Below are positions 9,894-19,559 of a stretch of 64,000 bases of DNA, piece after piece. Made by a program: the position numbers and the translations under genes. Within the stretch, counting starts at the first letter, position 1. Each line of letters begins with the position of its first letter. Origin of the DNA: a plasmid. A model generated the notes under the pieces. That model worked only from the letters and a program-made list of their open reading frames with translations, made no database searches and was not told where the DNA came from. The stretch lies in sequence record NZ_CP110908.1. One strand, 5' to 3'.

Positions 9894-12484
9894 GCGGCCT
9901 CCGCGAGCGCTTCCAGTTCGCGCATCTCATCAGGAAAGTTACGGACAGCCAGCTGATACACCGCGTCATGGATATCCATGTTCTGTTCCCGGCACTGGCG
10001 GATAAATTCGAAGTCATCGCCCTTTGAACTGAACATCGCCCGACTCAGCGGATCGACAAAGAGACGATGGAAACTGCAGGTGTCGTTGATGCGCAGCATA
10101 AAGGAGGAGAACCACTGGTCTTTGGCATCCCCGAACTTACTGATTACGCTGCGCTCCAGTTCGCTGAACTGGTTGGGGCGGTTCTGGTTGTACTGCTTGA
10201 ATTCAGACGCATCCTGCTTGAGCACCACCTTGAAGGCGGAGTTACCCCAGGCCGCTTTGGCCGCGCCGGAGGCATCATCGGCGTCAAAGTCCTTGATATT
10301 CTGGCTGATGGTGATGAACGCCCCACGGTGACGGCGCACGGTGCGGTAGCCGGTTTCAATAAACTGCCCGACCTTGTCATTTTTGAAGTTGAGCAGTTTC
10401 CAGCCCTCATCAATGGTGCAGCATTTCTTCAGGCTGCGCGGCGTGCGGTACATCTTGTCCTCGATGTAGATAATGAGGGAGAACATCACCGCAACCAGCA
10501 GGTCGGGTTTATCCTGCAGGCCACCCAGCTCCAGGACGATAAAGCGGGCATCATCGGTCAGGGAAGGCTCGTCGCTGTTGAAGTACTCGCCGTAAATTCC
10601 CCAGGAGCAGTACTTCCCGAGCAGTTCGACAATCTCATCCAGACGGTTGGTGATGCCGGGCGAGTTACGGTATTTCTCATCTTCGCGGATGGTCGTCAGC
10701 TTATGGACAACATGGTCGATACGCGCTTTTTCCCTGTGTTCTTCCCAGGCTTCCTGAACCCCGCGCAACAGCAGACTGTGGTGAACCTCATCCAGTGTGC
10801 CGTTGGGGCTTGCCAGCACGGCCAGCTGGTCACGGATACGCTCGCCGGATTCGTTGATGCTGGTGATGTTGGCAAACGGGTTAAACTTGAGTGAATTGCC
10901 GTCCAGGTAAGTGCCGCCGACGTTCTCACAGAACGACTTGTAGCCGTCGCCCATATCAAACACCCAGGCGATGCCGCCGGAGTCCAGCACGCTGCGCAGA
11001 ATAGGCTGCACCAGACCGGTTTTACCGGCCCCGGACGTGCCGGTCACCGCCATGTTGTAGTTGGTGTTGCCCAGTCCGTCGCCGTAGATATCGAGGAACG
11101 CCAGCTGATTGCGGTAGGACGGCGTCAGCAGTCCCCCCTGACAGAGGCGGTTGTCGGCCACCACCGGCAGCAGGTTCACCGCCTGGATACTCTCTGCCCG
11201 GCAGGTGGCCCCGCCCATTTTGATATCGTCCCACAGCCCTTCGGCGTGGATGAAGGGGATCATCGCTATCCAGTTCCGGAACTGCATATAGGTCGGGGAA
11301 AACAGGTCGATGCCGTTCTTTTTAAAGGTGTTGATGACCTGCTGCTCGCAGACCAGGGCTGCTTCATCCGAATCCGGGCAGAACGTGGTGATGTTGTAGT
11401 AATAGCGGACGATGCAGGTCTGGTTGCTGTTGAGGTGCTCGCGGATCTCCTTCCACTCTTTAGCCTGTCTGGCCACACCGGGAAACAGGGTGGCATAAGG
11501 CGAGTTGGCCTTTTTCTCCCGGTCGAGGTACTTGCGCGTCGCTTCCCCCTGGGTGGCCACCTGGTCCTCGGCCTCCATCACCATCGTGATGACAAACGGG
11601 CTGGCAATGGTCAGGTCCGGGCTGAGGAGGTTGGACAGGTTATCGCCTCCCATCCACAGCATGAATATGTCCGGGTTGTTCTCCAGCATAAAGTTCATGG
11701 CCCGGGTGGTGGTCACCGTCCCCTGCCGGTCCGCCAGGCTGACACGGACATCGTCAGGACGCACATCGATACCGATGCGCTGGTCGACGCAACGCTGATG
11801 CAGCTCATCAAACTTCCCGACACGAACATCATCCGGATACAGCTGGTCATGACGGGCATTGAGCATCCCGTGCACCAGTGAGGCCAGCTCCTGGTCGTCT
11901 GCTGCCCGGGTGAATATCTTCGCCGCATCGAGCGAGGAGCGCAGGACCTTCATGGTGTGTGAGACTTCGGTCATCACCGCCGCCGTGCGTTTCTTTGCTT
12001 TCACACAGTAAGAGATATACAGACGGTAATCCCGCAGGGTCAGCGGCAGGCCGGTCGGGCTATTGAACTGCAGCTGGGTAGCCCGCTGGTAATAGGCCCG
12101 GGTAATACGGTTGAACTTATCCGCCTGCTTTCCCTGCCAGCGGAAGTCAGCCAGACCACGGTCCAGCTGGCTGCCAATCAGTTTGCTGGACACCAGGTGA
12201 AAGGATATCGGCGTTTTGCGGGGCAGCTTGCTCTTGATGAGGTCTTCCAGCACATAGACTATCTGCTCATTGGCCCCGATAAGCGGTTCGGCGTGCAGCA
12301 GAAAGCCCACGGTATTGCGGTTCACGAACAGGCCGCTGTCGCGGTCATAGTCGCGGTACGGCAGGATACTGGTCAGCTGCGGAAAATCCAGGCTGGCCAG
12401 GTTACGGGTCATCTCTGCCGCACCATCCGGCATCCGGAAGGCGCTCTGCAGGTTTTCCAGTACATTGAGAAACTTTTTCACCAC
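9890..12484 (-). CDS. traC: TraC, VirB4-family T4SS ATPase
   Basis: 864 aa. Walker A (GTSGAGKTGL). Size and order as F TraC. Confidence 0.9.
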   Translation of the reverse strand: MVKKFLNVLENLQSAFRMPDGAAEMTRNLASLDFPQLTSILPYRDYDRDSGLFVNRNTVGFLLHAEPLIGANEQIVYVLEDLIKSKLPRKTPISFHLVSSKLIGSQLDRGLADFRWQGKQADKFNRITRAYYQRATQLQFNSPTGLPLTLRDYRLYISYCVKAKKRTAAVMTEVSHTMKVLRSSLDAAKIFTRAADDQELASLVHGMLNARHDQLYPDDVRVGKFDELHQRCVDQRIGIDVRPDDVRVSLADRQGTVTTTRAMNFMLENNPDIFMLWMGGDNLSNLLSPDLTIASPFVITMVMEAEDQVATQGEATRKYLDREKKANSPYATLFPGVARQAKEWKEIREHLNSNQTCIVRYYYNITTFCPDSDEAALVCEQQVINTFKKNGIDLFSPTYMQFRNWIAMIPFIHAEGLWDDIKMGGATCRAESIQAVNLLPVVADNRLCQGGLLTPSYRNQLAFLDIYGDGLGNTNYNMAVTGTSGAGKTGLVQPILRSVLDSGGIAWVFDMGDGYKSFCENVGGTYLDGNSLKFNPFANITSINESGERIRDQLAVLASPNGTLDEVHHSLLLRGVQEAWEEHREKARIDHVVHKLTTIREDEKYRNSPGITNRLDEIVELLGKYCSWGIYGEYFNSDEPSLTDDARFIVLELGGLQDKPDLLVAVMFSLIIYIEDKMYRTPRSLKKCCTIDEGWKLLNFKNDKVGQFIETGYRTVRRHRGAFITISQNIKDFDADDASGAAKAAWGNSAFKVVLKQDASEFKQYNQNRPNQFSELERSVISKFGDAKDQWFSSFMLRINDTCSFHRLFVDPLSRAMFSSKGDDFEFIRQCREQNMDIHDAVYQLAVRNFPDEMRELEALAEAA

Positions 12485-12491
12485 AGGCTCC

Positions 12492-13133
12492 TTAATTCAC
12501 GCGGGACGGGAGAACCCAGTCCGCCGGTTCGGCGACAAAGGACACGCGTCCGGGCTGATGAAAGGCGTTATCGCTGTCCACCCAGGGCGCAATCCAGACG
12601 GTGGCAATCCGGTCCTGGCTGCGCTGCGGATGCACCGAACCGGGGCTGTCACAGCGCACGGTCTGGCACGAGGGCGCAGTGACCGGTGTGACGGAACGCA
12701 CTGGCGGCATGGTCAGTACCGGACGCGAAGCCGTGGTGCTCACCGGCGCGCCTGCCACCGGGCGCGGAGACAACAGGCCACTGGTGCGAACGGGGGCCGG
12801 AGCAGAGGGTCGGGCCGCTGACGTCACCGTGGTGGAAGCCCCCACGGACGGGGCGGACACAACGGGGGCAAGTGTTGATGCCGGGCGGATAACAGACCGT
12901 ACCGGTACCGGCTGAGAAGCCGCCTGCGCCGGAAGGTTAACCAGGGAAGGCAGTCCGCCCGCAGCCTGCTTTCCCGTCTGTTTTGCTGCCTTGTCCCGGG
13001 CCAGCTGGTTGGCCTTCGTCATGGTCATACAGGTATCAGAGGTGGTGGCATCGCAGTCAAAGCTGCTTTTGACGCCGGCACAGCCGGATAACAGCAGGAC
13101 GCTGCCTGCCAGTAACAGGGTGATTTTTTTCAT
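12492..13133 (-). CDS. traV: TraV outer-membrane lipoprotein (core complex)
   Basis: MKKITLLLAGSVLLLSGCAG lipobox followed by SSFDCDATTSDTCMTM, which matches the F TraV N-terminus. 213 aa, with a longer Pro/Ala/Ser-rich linker than F. Confidence 0.85.
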   Translation of the reverse strand: MKKITLLLAGSVLLLSGCAGVKSSFDCDATTSDTCMTMTKANQLARDKAAKQTGKQAAGGLPSLVNLPAQAASQPVPVRSVIRPASTLAPVVSAPSVGASTTVTSAARPSAPAPVRTSGLLSPRPVAGAPVSTTASRPVLTMPPVRSVTPVTAPSCQTVRCDSPGSVHPQRSQDRIATVWIAPWVDSDNAFHQPGRVSFVAEPADWVLPSRVN

Positions 13134-13150
13134 ATAACAGTCCTTATCAG

Positions 13151-13597
13151 TCAGGCATCAAAAGGGGCTGGCGCAGAACCCAGCGAGAGATGGATCAGGG
13201 TGATTTCTTTATCCAGGCAGTACTGCGCGTATTCCCAGGAAGAATCAGAGGTGCAGCCCCACTGGCGAAGCGGAGATTGTCGCAGTGGCTCCAGTTTTTG
13301 TATTTCGCCAGCCAGCTGCATGTGCCAGTTCAGCGGCAGAGTGGAATAACGCAGGACGATAATTTGTGCGCCCAGCGCAGCCACGCCGGTGAGGAGCAGA
13401 AAGTGCGTTAAGGCGTAGCCCACTATCAGCACCACAATGGCAATCACGAAAGACTGCTGTTTTCGGGGAGAAATATGTTCGTGGGTATGCAATATTCTGG
13501 CCCGCAAAATCTCCACCTTTTTACGTCTGGCAATCAGTTCCGGTCGGGTCAGATCACTGAAATCGCGCAGAAGTAATGAAGACATATCCATCATCAT
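13151..13597 (-). CDS. Hypothetical inner-membrane protein occupying the traP position
   Basis: 148 aa with a central hydrophobic hairpin. No recognisable family. Location between traB and traV. Confidence 0.3.
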   Translation of the reverse strand: MMMDMSSLLLRDFSDLTRPELIARRKKVEILRARILHTHEHISPRKQQSFVIAIVVLIVGYALTHFLLLTGVAALGAQIIVLRYSTLPLNWHMQLAGEIQKLEPLRQSPLRQWGCTSDSSWEYAQYCLDKEITLIHLSLGSAPAPFDA

Positions 13598-14019
13598 TTA
13601 CCGTTTTCTTTTACCCACGCAGAAGAAACGACGTGGCCCTTGATATATCCCCTGCAGTTCTGACGGATGGCCTCAGCCAGTTCCTCTCCGTCATCGCCGG
13701 AATACAGTTCCCTGAGCCGGCTGACGTCAGATCGGGCCACAAATACCCGGGCAACCTGCTGTCTGGTTACGCCCCTGCCTGAACCCGGTTTTCCCATGAA
13801 CAGGCAGTGCCGATACTCCCCCGACAGTTCGCACCTGAAAATCCTGACATTGTCGCCAGGGGAGTCAGAACACGGCAGAAATGCCGAAAACCTGAACGCG
13901 GTATCTGCGGCATGAACACAGATGACGCGCATCCCCTTATTCCCGCAGCGGGTTGCGGTATCTTTCAGATGACGGGTCTTACCCGGACCGCCATTACTGT
14001 TGGTTTTCATGATGTTCAT
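13594..14019 (-). CDS. Hypothetical protein (trbD/trbG position), real start probably MNIMKTNSNGGPGKT
   Basis: ORF-track 172-aa frame. GC-rich region, so the ORF call is weak. Confidence 0.2.
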   Translation of the reverse strand: MNIMKTNSNGGPGKTRHLKDTATRCGNKGMRVICVHAADTAFRFSAFLPCSDSPGDNVRIFRCELSGEYRHCLFMGKPGSGRGVTRQQVARVFVARSDVSRLRELYSGDDGEELAEAIRQNCRGYIKGHVVSSAWVKENGK

Positions 14020-14179
14020 CCCCTGAGTTTTTTTCGTTTTTCTGAATACCAGCGCGTAATTCCCGCCAGTCGTCGCGTTGCCGTTCTGATAAAAAGGTCT
14101 GCACAACCTCAACGCTGATAGTGGTCTTACCCATGCCGGATCTCCCCGGGACCATCACATTGCCTGTTCTGTCTTCCAT
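13994..14179 (-). CDS. Small 61-aa ORF with a perfect Walker A motif (GRSGMGKTT); possibly trbD-like
   Basis: Overlaps the following ORF in a different frame. F TrbD is of similar size. Assignment is tentative. Confidence 0.25.
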   Translation of the reverse strand: MEDRTGNVMVPGRSGMGKTTISVEVVQTFLSERQRDDWRELRAGIQKNEKNSGDEHHENQQ

Positions 14180-14182
14180 CGC

Positions 14183-14407
14183 TCACCTCTGGTAGTGTTT
14201 GCTCCGGTGCTCCAGTACCCGCTGACATTCCGTGCAGGTCCGTACCCCGGGTATCGTTTGCTGGCGTCTGAGGGGAATGTCGTTGCCACAGCATTCACAT
14301 TCGCTGAGACTTTCCCCGCCCCTGATGAGCTGCTGCCGGGCGGCCTGTATGTGCAGCCGGGTCAGCAGGTCTTCCTGCACCTGCAGATGGTCCAGTTCGT
14401 CGGCCAT
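14183..14407 (-). CDS. traR: TraR, DksA-like C4 zinc-finger protein
   Basis: ...LSECECCGNDIPLRRQQTIPGVRTCTECQ... resembles F TraR. ATG at 14407 gives about 74 aa. Unusually placed upstream of traV. Confidence 0.7.
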   Translation of the reverse strand: MADELDHLQVQEDLLTRLHIQAARQQLIRGGESLSECECCGNDIPLRRQQTIPGVRTCTECQRVLEHRSKHYQR

Positions 14408-14518
14408 CGGCTCTCCTTGTTTACGCTGTCCGGACACGCTACCGCCCATCCCTTTCACGTCTTCCAGGGCACTGACTGTTCCGGATTGTGGTGTTCTGAC
14501 CGGATAACCGGTCCCTGC

Positions 14519-15880
14519 TTACTGTGTGACGGTCTGCCCGGTTTCCGGGTCAACGGTGTCCCCCACCCTGAAGTCCTGCAGCTGCTTCAGCATGTCCGGC
14601 GTGTTCGCCGGCATGACAGCAGGGGCTGACGGGGCAGCGGGTTGCGTTTGTTTTTTACGTGCGGCCGCTTTCGCGCGGGCTTCCTCCAGGGTTTCCAGCT
14701 GGAAGCCGTCCTGGAAAACCAGCGTGACTTCGTTGCCTGCACCAATCGGAATAACCGGGTGGTACTGTTCGGCACGTTTGATGTAGTAATCAGAGAGGGT
14801 TTTGGCGGCAGAGCTGACACCGCCGCCGAGTCCGGCCTGGCCAATATCAGCGGCACTCATACTGGCGGTGGCCCCGACACCCACGGTGGTACTGGAGGCT
14901 TTCTCGATACCCTTGCCGATACCATCCAGGAAGCCGGCACCGCCTGCATACAGCAGGATCTGGCCGTTACGCATGACCACTTCGCCCTTGATGCCGTTCT
15001 TGCCCATGAAAGACACATGCCCGGCAATCTTCTGGTCGATGTTGTCCTCCCCCAGCTTGCAGCTGATGGAGCGGGAACGGACGATGGCCCGCTCACTGGA
15101 GACATCCCCCCAGGCCTCCAGCGTCACAAAGCAGCCGGTCAGGTCGAATTCCTGGTCGTTGGGCATCTGGACCTTGCCGGTGAGACGCAGCTGCATCGGC
15201 GCGGTATTCTTGTCCCCCGTGACGGACGCATTCGCATCAGCCCCTTCCACCACGATGGCTTCGGCAAAGCTGCCGGAGGATATCCACGGGAAACGGGGCT
15301 TTTTCGGGCCGGTATCCGGGAGACTGAATTCCTGGCTGTCCATCATGCCCGGGCGGTTGAGTGGCTCCATCACGGGTGCGACCGGGGCCTGTCCGCCGCC
15401 TGCGGGCCAGAAACTGGTCGGCGGCGGCACGGCCCCGGCGGGTGCCGGTTTGCCCTGAGAAGCCAGCGCCCCCGGCAGCGGCTCGGCATTCAGGGAGTCA
15501 AAGTTTTTCCCGGCCTCAAGCTGGGTCTGCAGCAGCTTGTTCTCGTCTTCCAGCTCCCGGATACGGTCCTGCGAACCTTTCAGATCCCGCCCGATAAGGC
15601 CCATTTCGGTACGCAGCTTTTTAATTTCCGTCTGCGTTTCTTTATTCAGACGCTGGGCCTCGGCAATCGCGGAACGCTGGACCTTATTGTCAAAGGACTG
15701 GTTCACCACGCCGGTCATGTCCGGCGCGGGTTCCCCTTTCGGGGCTTTGGCTGGCGGGGCTTTTTTCAGGTTCATCTCTGAGACCATCCAGGTCCCGACA
15801 CCGCCTGCGCCAATCCCGAGAACCAGCGCAATCAGCAGGGCAACCTGGCGGCGGCGGATGATTTTGTTAACGTTGGCCAT
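14519..15880 (-). CDS. traB: TraB, VirB10-like core complex protein
   Basis: Start MANVNKIIRRRQ with GGAGGG RBS. Coiled-coil N-terminus and Pro-rich linker. C-terminal ...SGSFAEAIVVEGADANASVTGD...HVSFMGKNGIKGEVVMRNG... is nearly identical to F TraB. Confidence 0.85.
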   Translation of the reverse strand: MANVNKIIRRRQVALLIALVLGIGAGGVGTWMVSEMNLKKAPPAKAPKGEPAPDMTGVVNQSFDNKVQRSAIAEAQRLNKETQTEIKKLRTEMGLIGRDLKGSQDRIRELEDENKLLQTQLEAGKNFDSLNAEPLPGALASQGKPAPAGAVPPPTSFWPAGGGQAPVAPVMEPLNRPGMMDSQEFSLPDTGPKKPRFPWISSGSFAEAIVVEGADANASVTGDKNTAPMQLRLTGKVQMPNDQEFDLTGCFVTLEAWGDVSSERAIVRSRSISCKLGEDNIDQKIAGHVSFMGKNGIKGEVVMRNGQILLYAGGAGFLDGIGKGIEKASSTTVGVGATASMSAADIGQAGLGGGVSSAAKTLSDYYIKRAEQYHPVIPIGAGNEVTLVFQDGFQLETLEEARAKAAARKKQTQPAAPSAPAVMPANTPDMLKQLQDFRVGDTVDPETGQTVTQ

Positions 15881-16607
15881 CGCTGCCCTCCCCGCTCTCA
15901 CGGATAACGGTGAGGGTCATGCTTCCGCCACCCAGAAGGGTCTGCGCATTGTTATCAAACATCACTGCCCGGATACCGGGCTTCCAGAAGTCCTGCTCCT
16001 GAAGCGCCACGCCCCAGGTATTGTTATTACGCAGGGTATAGCGGTCAGCACGCAGCCGGTCGCCGGCCCAGGCTTTCAGTGGCGTCACGGAAAAACCGCC
16101 CGGCACACGAACGCCGTCTGCCAGCGGCTTCACTTCACCATAGCCATCCGGCATCGTGCCGGACAGAACTGAACGGCTGAGGCTGATGAGCAGTGTTTCG
16201 TAAGCCTGCGCGGTTTCCCATTTGCGGGTTTCCGGACGCGCCGGCGGTTCAGCACTCATCAGACGGTATACGCGGCCTTCCCCTTTCACCGGCGTGGCCA
16301 CCACAGAGAACGTCTGGCCCAGCGCGGTCTCCACATAGAGCGTGAACGCGCGGGTGGCCACCGAGGTGAACAACACACCGCCGGCAGAGGTCAGCTTTTT
16401 GTCGGCCAGCATGCCGCCCTGGGCGGTAATGGCCGTGACTTTATCACCGGGAATAAATATCAGGTTGGGGTCGGTATTGCTGATACTGAGCCGGAACTGT
16501 CCCCCCTGCGGGAAACTGATGGTCGCGGGAGACTGGGCCTGTGCTGCAAAGGGCACGGCGGTCATCATGGCGGTGCCCAGCCATAATGCCGGAAGGTTAT
16601 TTTTCAT
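15867..16607 (-). CDS. traK: TraK, secretin-like core complex protein
   Basis: 246 aa with signal peptide. Position between traE and traB. Confidence 0.8.
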   Translation of the reverse strand: MKNNLPALWLGTAMMTAVPFAAQAQSPATISFPQGGQFRLSISNTDPNLIFIPGDKVTAITAQGGMLADKKLTSAGGVLFTSVATRAFTLYVETALGQTFSVVATPVKGEGRVYRLMSAEPPARPETRKWETAQAYETLLISLSRSVLSGTMPDGYGEVKPLADGVRVPGGFSVTPLKAWAGDRLRADRYTLRNNNTWGVALQEQDFWKPGIRAVMFDNNAQTLLGGGSMTLTVIRESGEGSDGQR

Positions 16608-17160
16608 TGGTCACCTCATAGAACCGGCCAATACGGGTAAAGCCGCCAGCGTATTTCAGGCGGAGACGGTAGGTTTTTAACTCTGTGGAGGGTTTTGCAT
16701 TGCCAATCCACATCTTCTGTACCCCGCGAACATCGACGCGGCCGTCAACGGGATAGACATTGATTTCAGAGGCGTAAAAAACGGAGTTCACTTCACTGGC
16801 TTTGATTTGCGCCGCTTCTTCTTCAAGGACAGGCTTAAACTCTTCCCGGGCCTCCGGCTCCACAAACGAGAGCAGAAAGGCGTGGTTCGAATCGACGGTT
16901 TCGGGCGAGACATTAAGACGCAGGGCCAGGAAGGACAGCGTCATCATCCGGTAGTTTTCCGTATCAGATTTGGTTTCCGACACGGCAAACGGCGCGTTAT
17001 AGGTCATCGGGGTGACAACCGTTCGCTGTTCGTGGATGAGTGCTCTGTTGGTCACGGCCAGCCATGCCACAGCAAAAGCCAGAATAAAGACCAGTGTCGT
17101 GAGTGACAGAATAAAAATGGCAATAATTTTGGTGGATGAATTACGAGCGCTGATTTCCAT
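16597..17160 (-). CDS. traE: TraE pilus assembly protein (VirB5/8-like)
   Basis: 187 aa (F TraE is 188 aa). N-terminal TM segment. Confidence 0.85.
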   Translation of the reverse strand: MEISARNSSTKIIAIFILSLTTLVFILAFAVAWLAVTNRALIHEQRTVVTPMTYNAPFAVSETKSDTENYRMMTLSFLALRLNVSPETVDSNHAFLLSFVEPEAREEFKPVLEEEAAQIKASEVNSVFYASEINVYPVDGRVDVRGVQKMWIGNAKPSTELKTYRLRLKYAGGFTRIGRFYEVTNEK

Positions 17161-17179
17161 AATATGGCCCTGCGGTAAT

Positions 17180-17488
17180 TTACTTGATCCATTTCCTTAA
17201 ACTGGAATCGGGAATAACGCGGTAGACCACCCGGAATAATTCAGTGGGTAAATACCAGTAACACCAGTTGTATAACCAGCGGGAACTTTTTCCGCGTTTC
17301 GCCGCCCTGATCAGTTGCCAGATAATTGCCGCAATAATCAGACTGAATAAATATTTCTTGGTGAAAAATCCCCACACTAATACAACCGATGCGGGGATGG
17401 CTTCATCAAGGGGCAGTCCGATAATACGGTTCTGCTCTGACAGGGTTTTCGGGAAACGGTATTTATCTAAATCGTTTCCCTCCATCAT
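17180..17488 (-). CDS. traL: TraL pilus assembly protein (VirB3-like)
   Basis: Internal start MMEGNDLDKYRFPKTLSEQNRIIGLPLDE...SSRWLYNWCYWYLP...IPDSSLRKWIK aligns with F TraL. The N-terminal extension in the track ORF is spurious. Confidence 0.75.
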   Translation of the reverse strand: MMEGNDLDKYRFPKTLSEQNRIIGLPLDEAIPASVVLVWGFFTKKYLFSLIIAAIIWQLIRAAKRGKSSRWLYNWCYWYLPTELFRVVYRVIPDSSLRKWIK

Positions 17489-17847
17489 CAGACAATAAAC
17501 GTCAGACCAACCGTGGTGAAGACGATGACCACGACCAGACCCAGCAGGATAAGCAGGTTCTTGGTGCGGATATACATCGCCACACCGACAATCAGTTCGG
17601 CAATGATGATACACATCATGACGAAGGAGTCGGCCCCGAAGGTGGCTTTCACATCATCTTTACCCCCGGCCAGCAGGTCAGTGGCGTGGGCCATCTGTCC
17701 CACACCGAGTAACAGCAGCGGAGACAGCGCAGCCAGACGGGACAGCGCTTTTTTACTGGTCACACCACGCCATGCCATCTGGCAAAACTGCCATGCACGG
17801 TTTTTTACAGACGCGGGGAGGCCGCCTTTTGCAAAGGATAAATTCAT
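17488..17847 (-). CDS. traA: TraA propilin
   Basis: GGAG RBS before the ATG at 17847. Long leader peptide then ...VKATFGADSFVMMCIIIAELIVGVAMYIRTKN..., the F-pilin signature. Confidence 0.85.
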   Translation of the reverse strand: MNLSFAKGGLPASVKNRAWQFCQMAWRGVTSKKALSRLAALSPLLLLGVGQMAHATDLLAGGKDDVKATFGADSFVMMCIIIAELIVGVAMYIRTKNLLILLGLVVVIVFTTVGLTFIV

Positions 17848-17952
17848 AAAAAACTCCATTTATGTAATTTTAATAAAACACCCAGCGGTATTGACCGGTA
17901 AAGTCAATCCGGCACAGAACCATCAGATAAGGCTAATGACTCTGTAACAGAA

Positions 17953-18120
17953 TCACTCCTTTAACCCTAAAGCCTCTTCAATTTTAAGTGCTGCTGTCTG
18001 TTGAATTGATTTTGAGTTTTTTTTTGCATTCTTTTTTAACTCTGCATACACAACACCATCCAGATATAGTTTTATAAACTTCCCTGCAGGACGGGGTTTA
18101 AGTGGTAAACCTTGAATCAT
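17953..18120 (-). CDS. traY: TraY ribbon-helix-helix oriT-binding protein (short, R100-like)
   Basis: MIQGLPLKPRPAGKFIKLYLDGVVYAELKK... RHH-like. GAGG RBS. Position between traJ and traA. Confidence 0.55.
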   Translation of the reverse strand: MIQGLPLKPRPAGKFIKLYLDGVVYAELKKNAKKNSKSIQQTAALKIEEALGLKE

Positions 18121-18336
18121 TTTCAGCCTCACAAAAAGAAAAAGGGAACAGACATATGATGACGTAAAAAAAATAGGGTTGTCCAATTGAAGATTGTATT
18201 ATTTTTAACCTCAATAAATGCATGAATAAAAAGAAGAAAAACGAAACACTGGAAAAGTCTGACAACCACAAATTGATCTAAATCAACGATAAAACGTGAT
18301 GCGCGTCACATCACGTTTTTCATCAAATTCGATTAA

Positions 18337-18618
18337 TCACAGTTCCGGCAGCAGTTCAATCCTTAAGTCGAGGAAGGAATGTAAAGCCAGTCGAGTGATG
18401 TACAAAGTCTTAAGTGCCTCATTAGAAGGTGCACCATACTGTGTGCATAGTTCCTTGAGAGTTTTATACACTGCTTGTGGCTTTGTATTTCTGTAATCAG
18501 AAATCTCCCTGACAGTCATTCCGAAAGCAAAAAGAGTAAAAACCTCGACTTGCGCATCATTAACCTCAGGAAAAACCTTGTGTAAAATTTCCATACGAAT
18601 AGGATCGATGATAACCAT
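18337..18618 (-). CDS. traJ: Small TraJ-position activator with LuxR/GerE-type HTH
   Basis: 93 aa. ...FGMTVREISDYRNTKPQAVYKTLKEL... is a helix-turn-helix. Positional analog of traJ, with a hairpin in its 5' UTR. Confidence 0.4.
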   Translation of the reverse strand: MVIIDPIRMEILHKVFPEVNDAQVEVFTLFAFGMTVREISDYRNTKPQAVYKTLKELCTQYGAPSNEALKTLYITRLALHSFLDLRIELLPEL

Positions 18619-18700
18619 CGTAACCTCCTGTTAAATGTGTTCAGGTTATTGGTGGCCAGCGATAACAGGGGTGGCCGCCCCTGTTATCGCGTTAAAGGCA
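18619..18700 (+). ncRNA. finP: Candidate FinP-like antisense RNA region (13-bp perfect stem gcgataacagggg/cccctgttatcgc) opposite the traJ leader
   Basis: Perfect inverted repeat immediately upstream of the traJ RBS. No clear U-tract, so this is weak. Confidence 0.2.
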
Positions 18701-19124
18701 AATCAATTTAAAATTTGATAATTGCCTCCCTTCTGACTGATTTGCCTTAAGTGAAATATATCGCAGCAGGTATATCCACTCAATCAATAACGGAATTACG
18801 GTTTGTTTTTTGACTGTAGTCACATAAAAAATGCGAAATTTTGAACGTATTTCAGTAATCCACCCAGAAGAAATAAAAAACCATCCGGTATCCTGGGCGC
18901 AAGAGAATTAAAGGTAAAGAAGGGGGTTTAATCTGATGTGAAAAATAAGAGCTTTCCTTTACACGCAAAACTACTATATATTCTAAAAACATTAATAGGG
19001 ACATTAAGTATGAATACTTAATAATTAGAAATCAATATAATCACTAACGTTACCGCACCTGAATGATAAATATACTCTGCCGCCATGAAAGGCGGCATGA
19101 AGTCGGAGAGCAATATATCAGGAG

Positions 19125-19508
19125 TTAGTCTTTTTCTTCTTCAGCAAAAAAAATGCCCACCTGCTCATCCGCAAAACGCTCGATAGCTTTGCGCATATTA
19201 TCCAGTTTGAACCCTCCATCACTTAATGATTCCTGAGATAATGTCCCCATTTTCATTATCTCCGTACACATCATCCTGACGCGAGCCATACTGTCCAGCA
19301 TAACTTTGTTATATTCCATCTGGTTAAAGCCACTTTCTTTTTTCTCACGCTGTATCCGGTATACACGCAGACCAAGCTCTATTAACATTGAAGTGACCGA
19401 AGATACTGTTGCATCAACTTCCGTCGCACCTTCCTGTCTGCGCTCTGTAACCACAGACTCTATTTCTTCACGAACCTGATTACTGACAAAAGTTTGTATA
19501 CGTGGCAT
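19125..19508 (-). CDS. traM: TraM relaxosome accessory protein
   Basis: 127 aa from MPRIQTF. ...RRQEGATEVDATVSSVTSMLIELGLRVYRIQREKKESGFNQMEYNK... aligns with F TraM. Hairpin terminator at about 19075-19097. Confidence 0.85.
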   Translation of the reverse strand: MPRIQTFVSNQVREEIESVVTERRQEGATEVDATVSSVTSMLIELGLRVYRIQREKKESGFNQMEYNKVMLDSMARVRMMCTEIMKMGTLSQESLSDGGFKLDNMRKAIERFADEQVGIFFAEEEKD

Positions 19509-19559
19509 AGAAGATCCTTTTTTAGAACAAAACAAAAAATTATTAAAAGGCAATTTTTA

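Noticed and set aside
10067-10894. 275-aa + strand ORF
   Set aside because: Lies wholly inside traC on the opposite strand. No motifs. GC-rich antisense artefact.
13994-14179. Considered fusing the two overlapping P-loop-like ORFs into one frameshifted NTPase gene
   Set aside because: The two Walker-like motifs are only about 45 codons apart and in different frames. A single protein with both is implausible, so they are left as separate low-confidence ORFs.
14642-15781. 379-aa + strand ORF
   Set aside because: Antisense to traB. Repetitive Gly/Arg composition.
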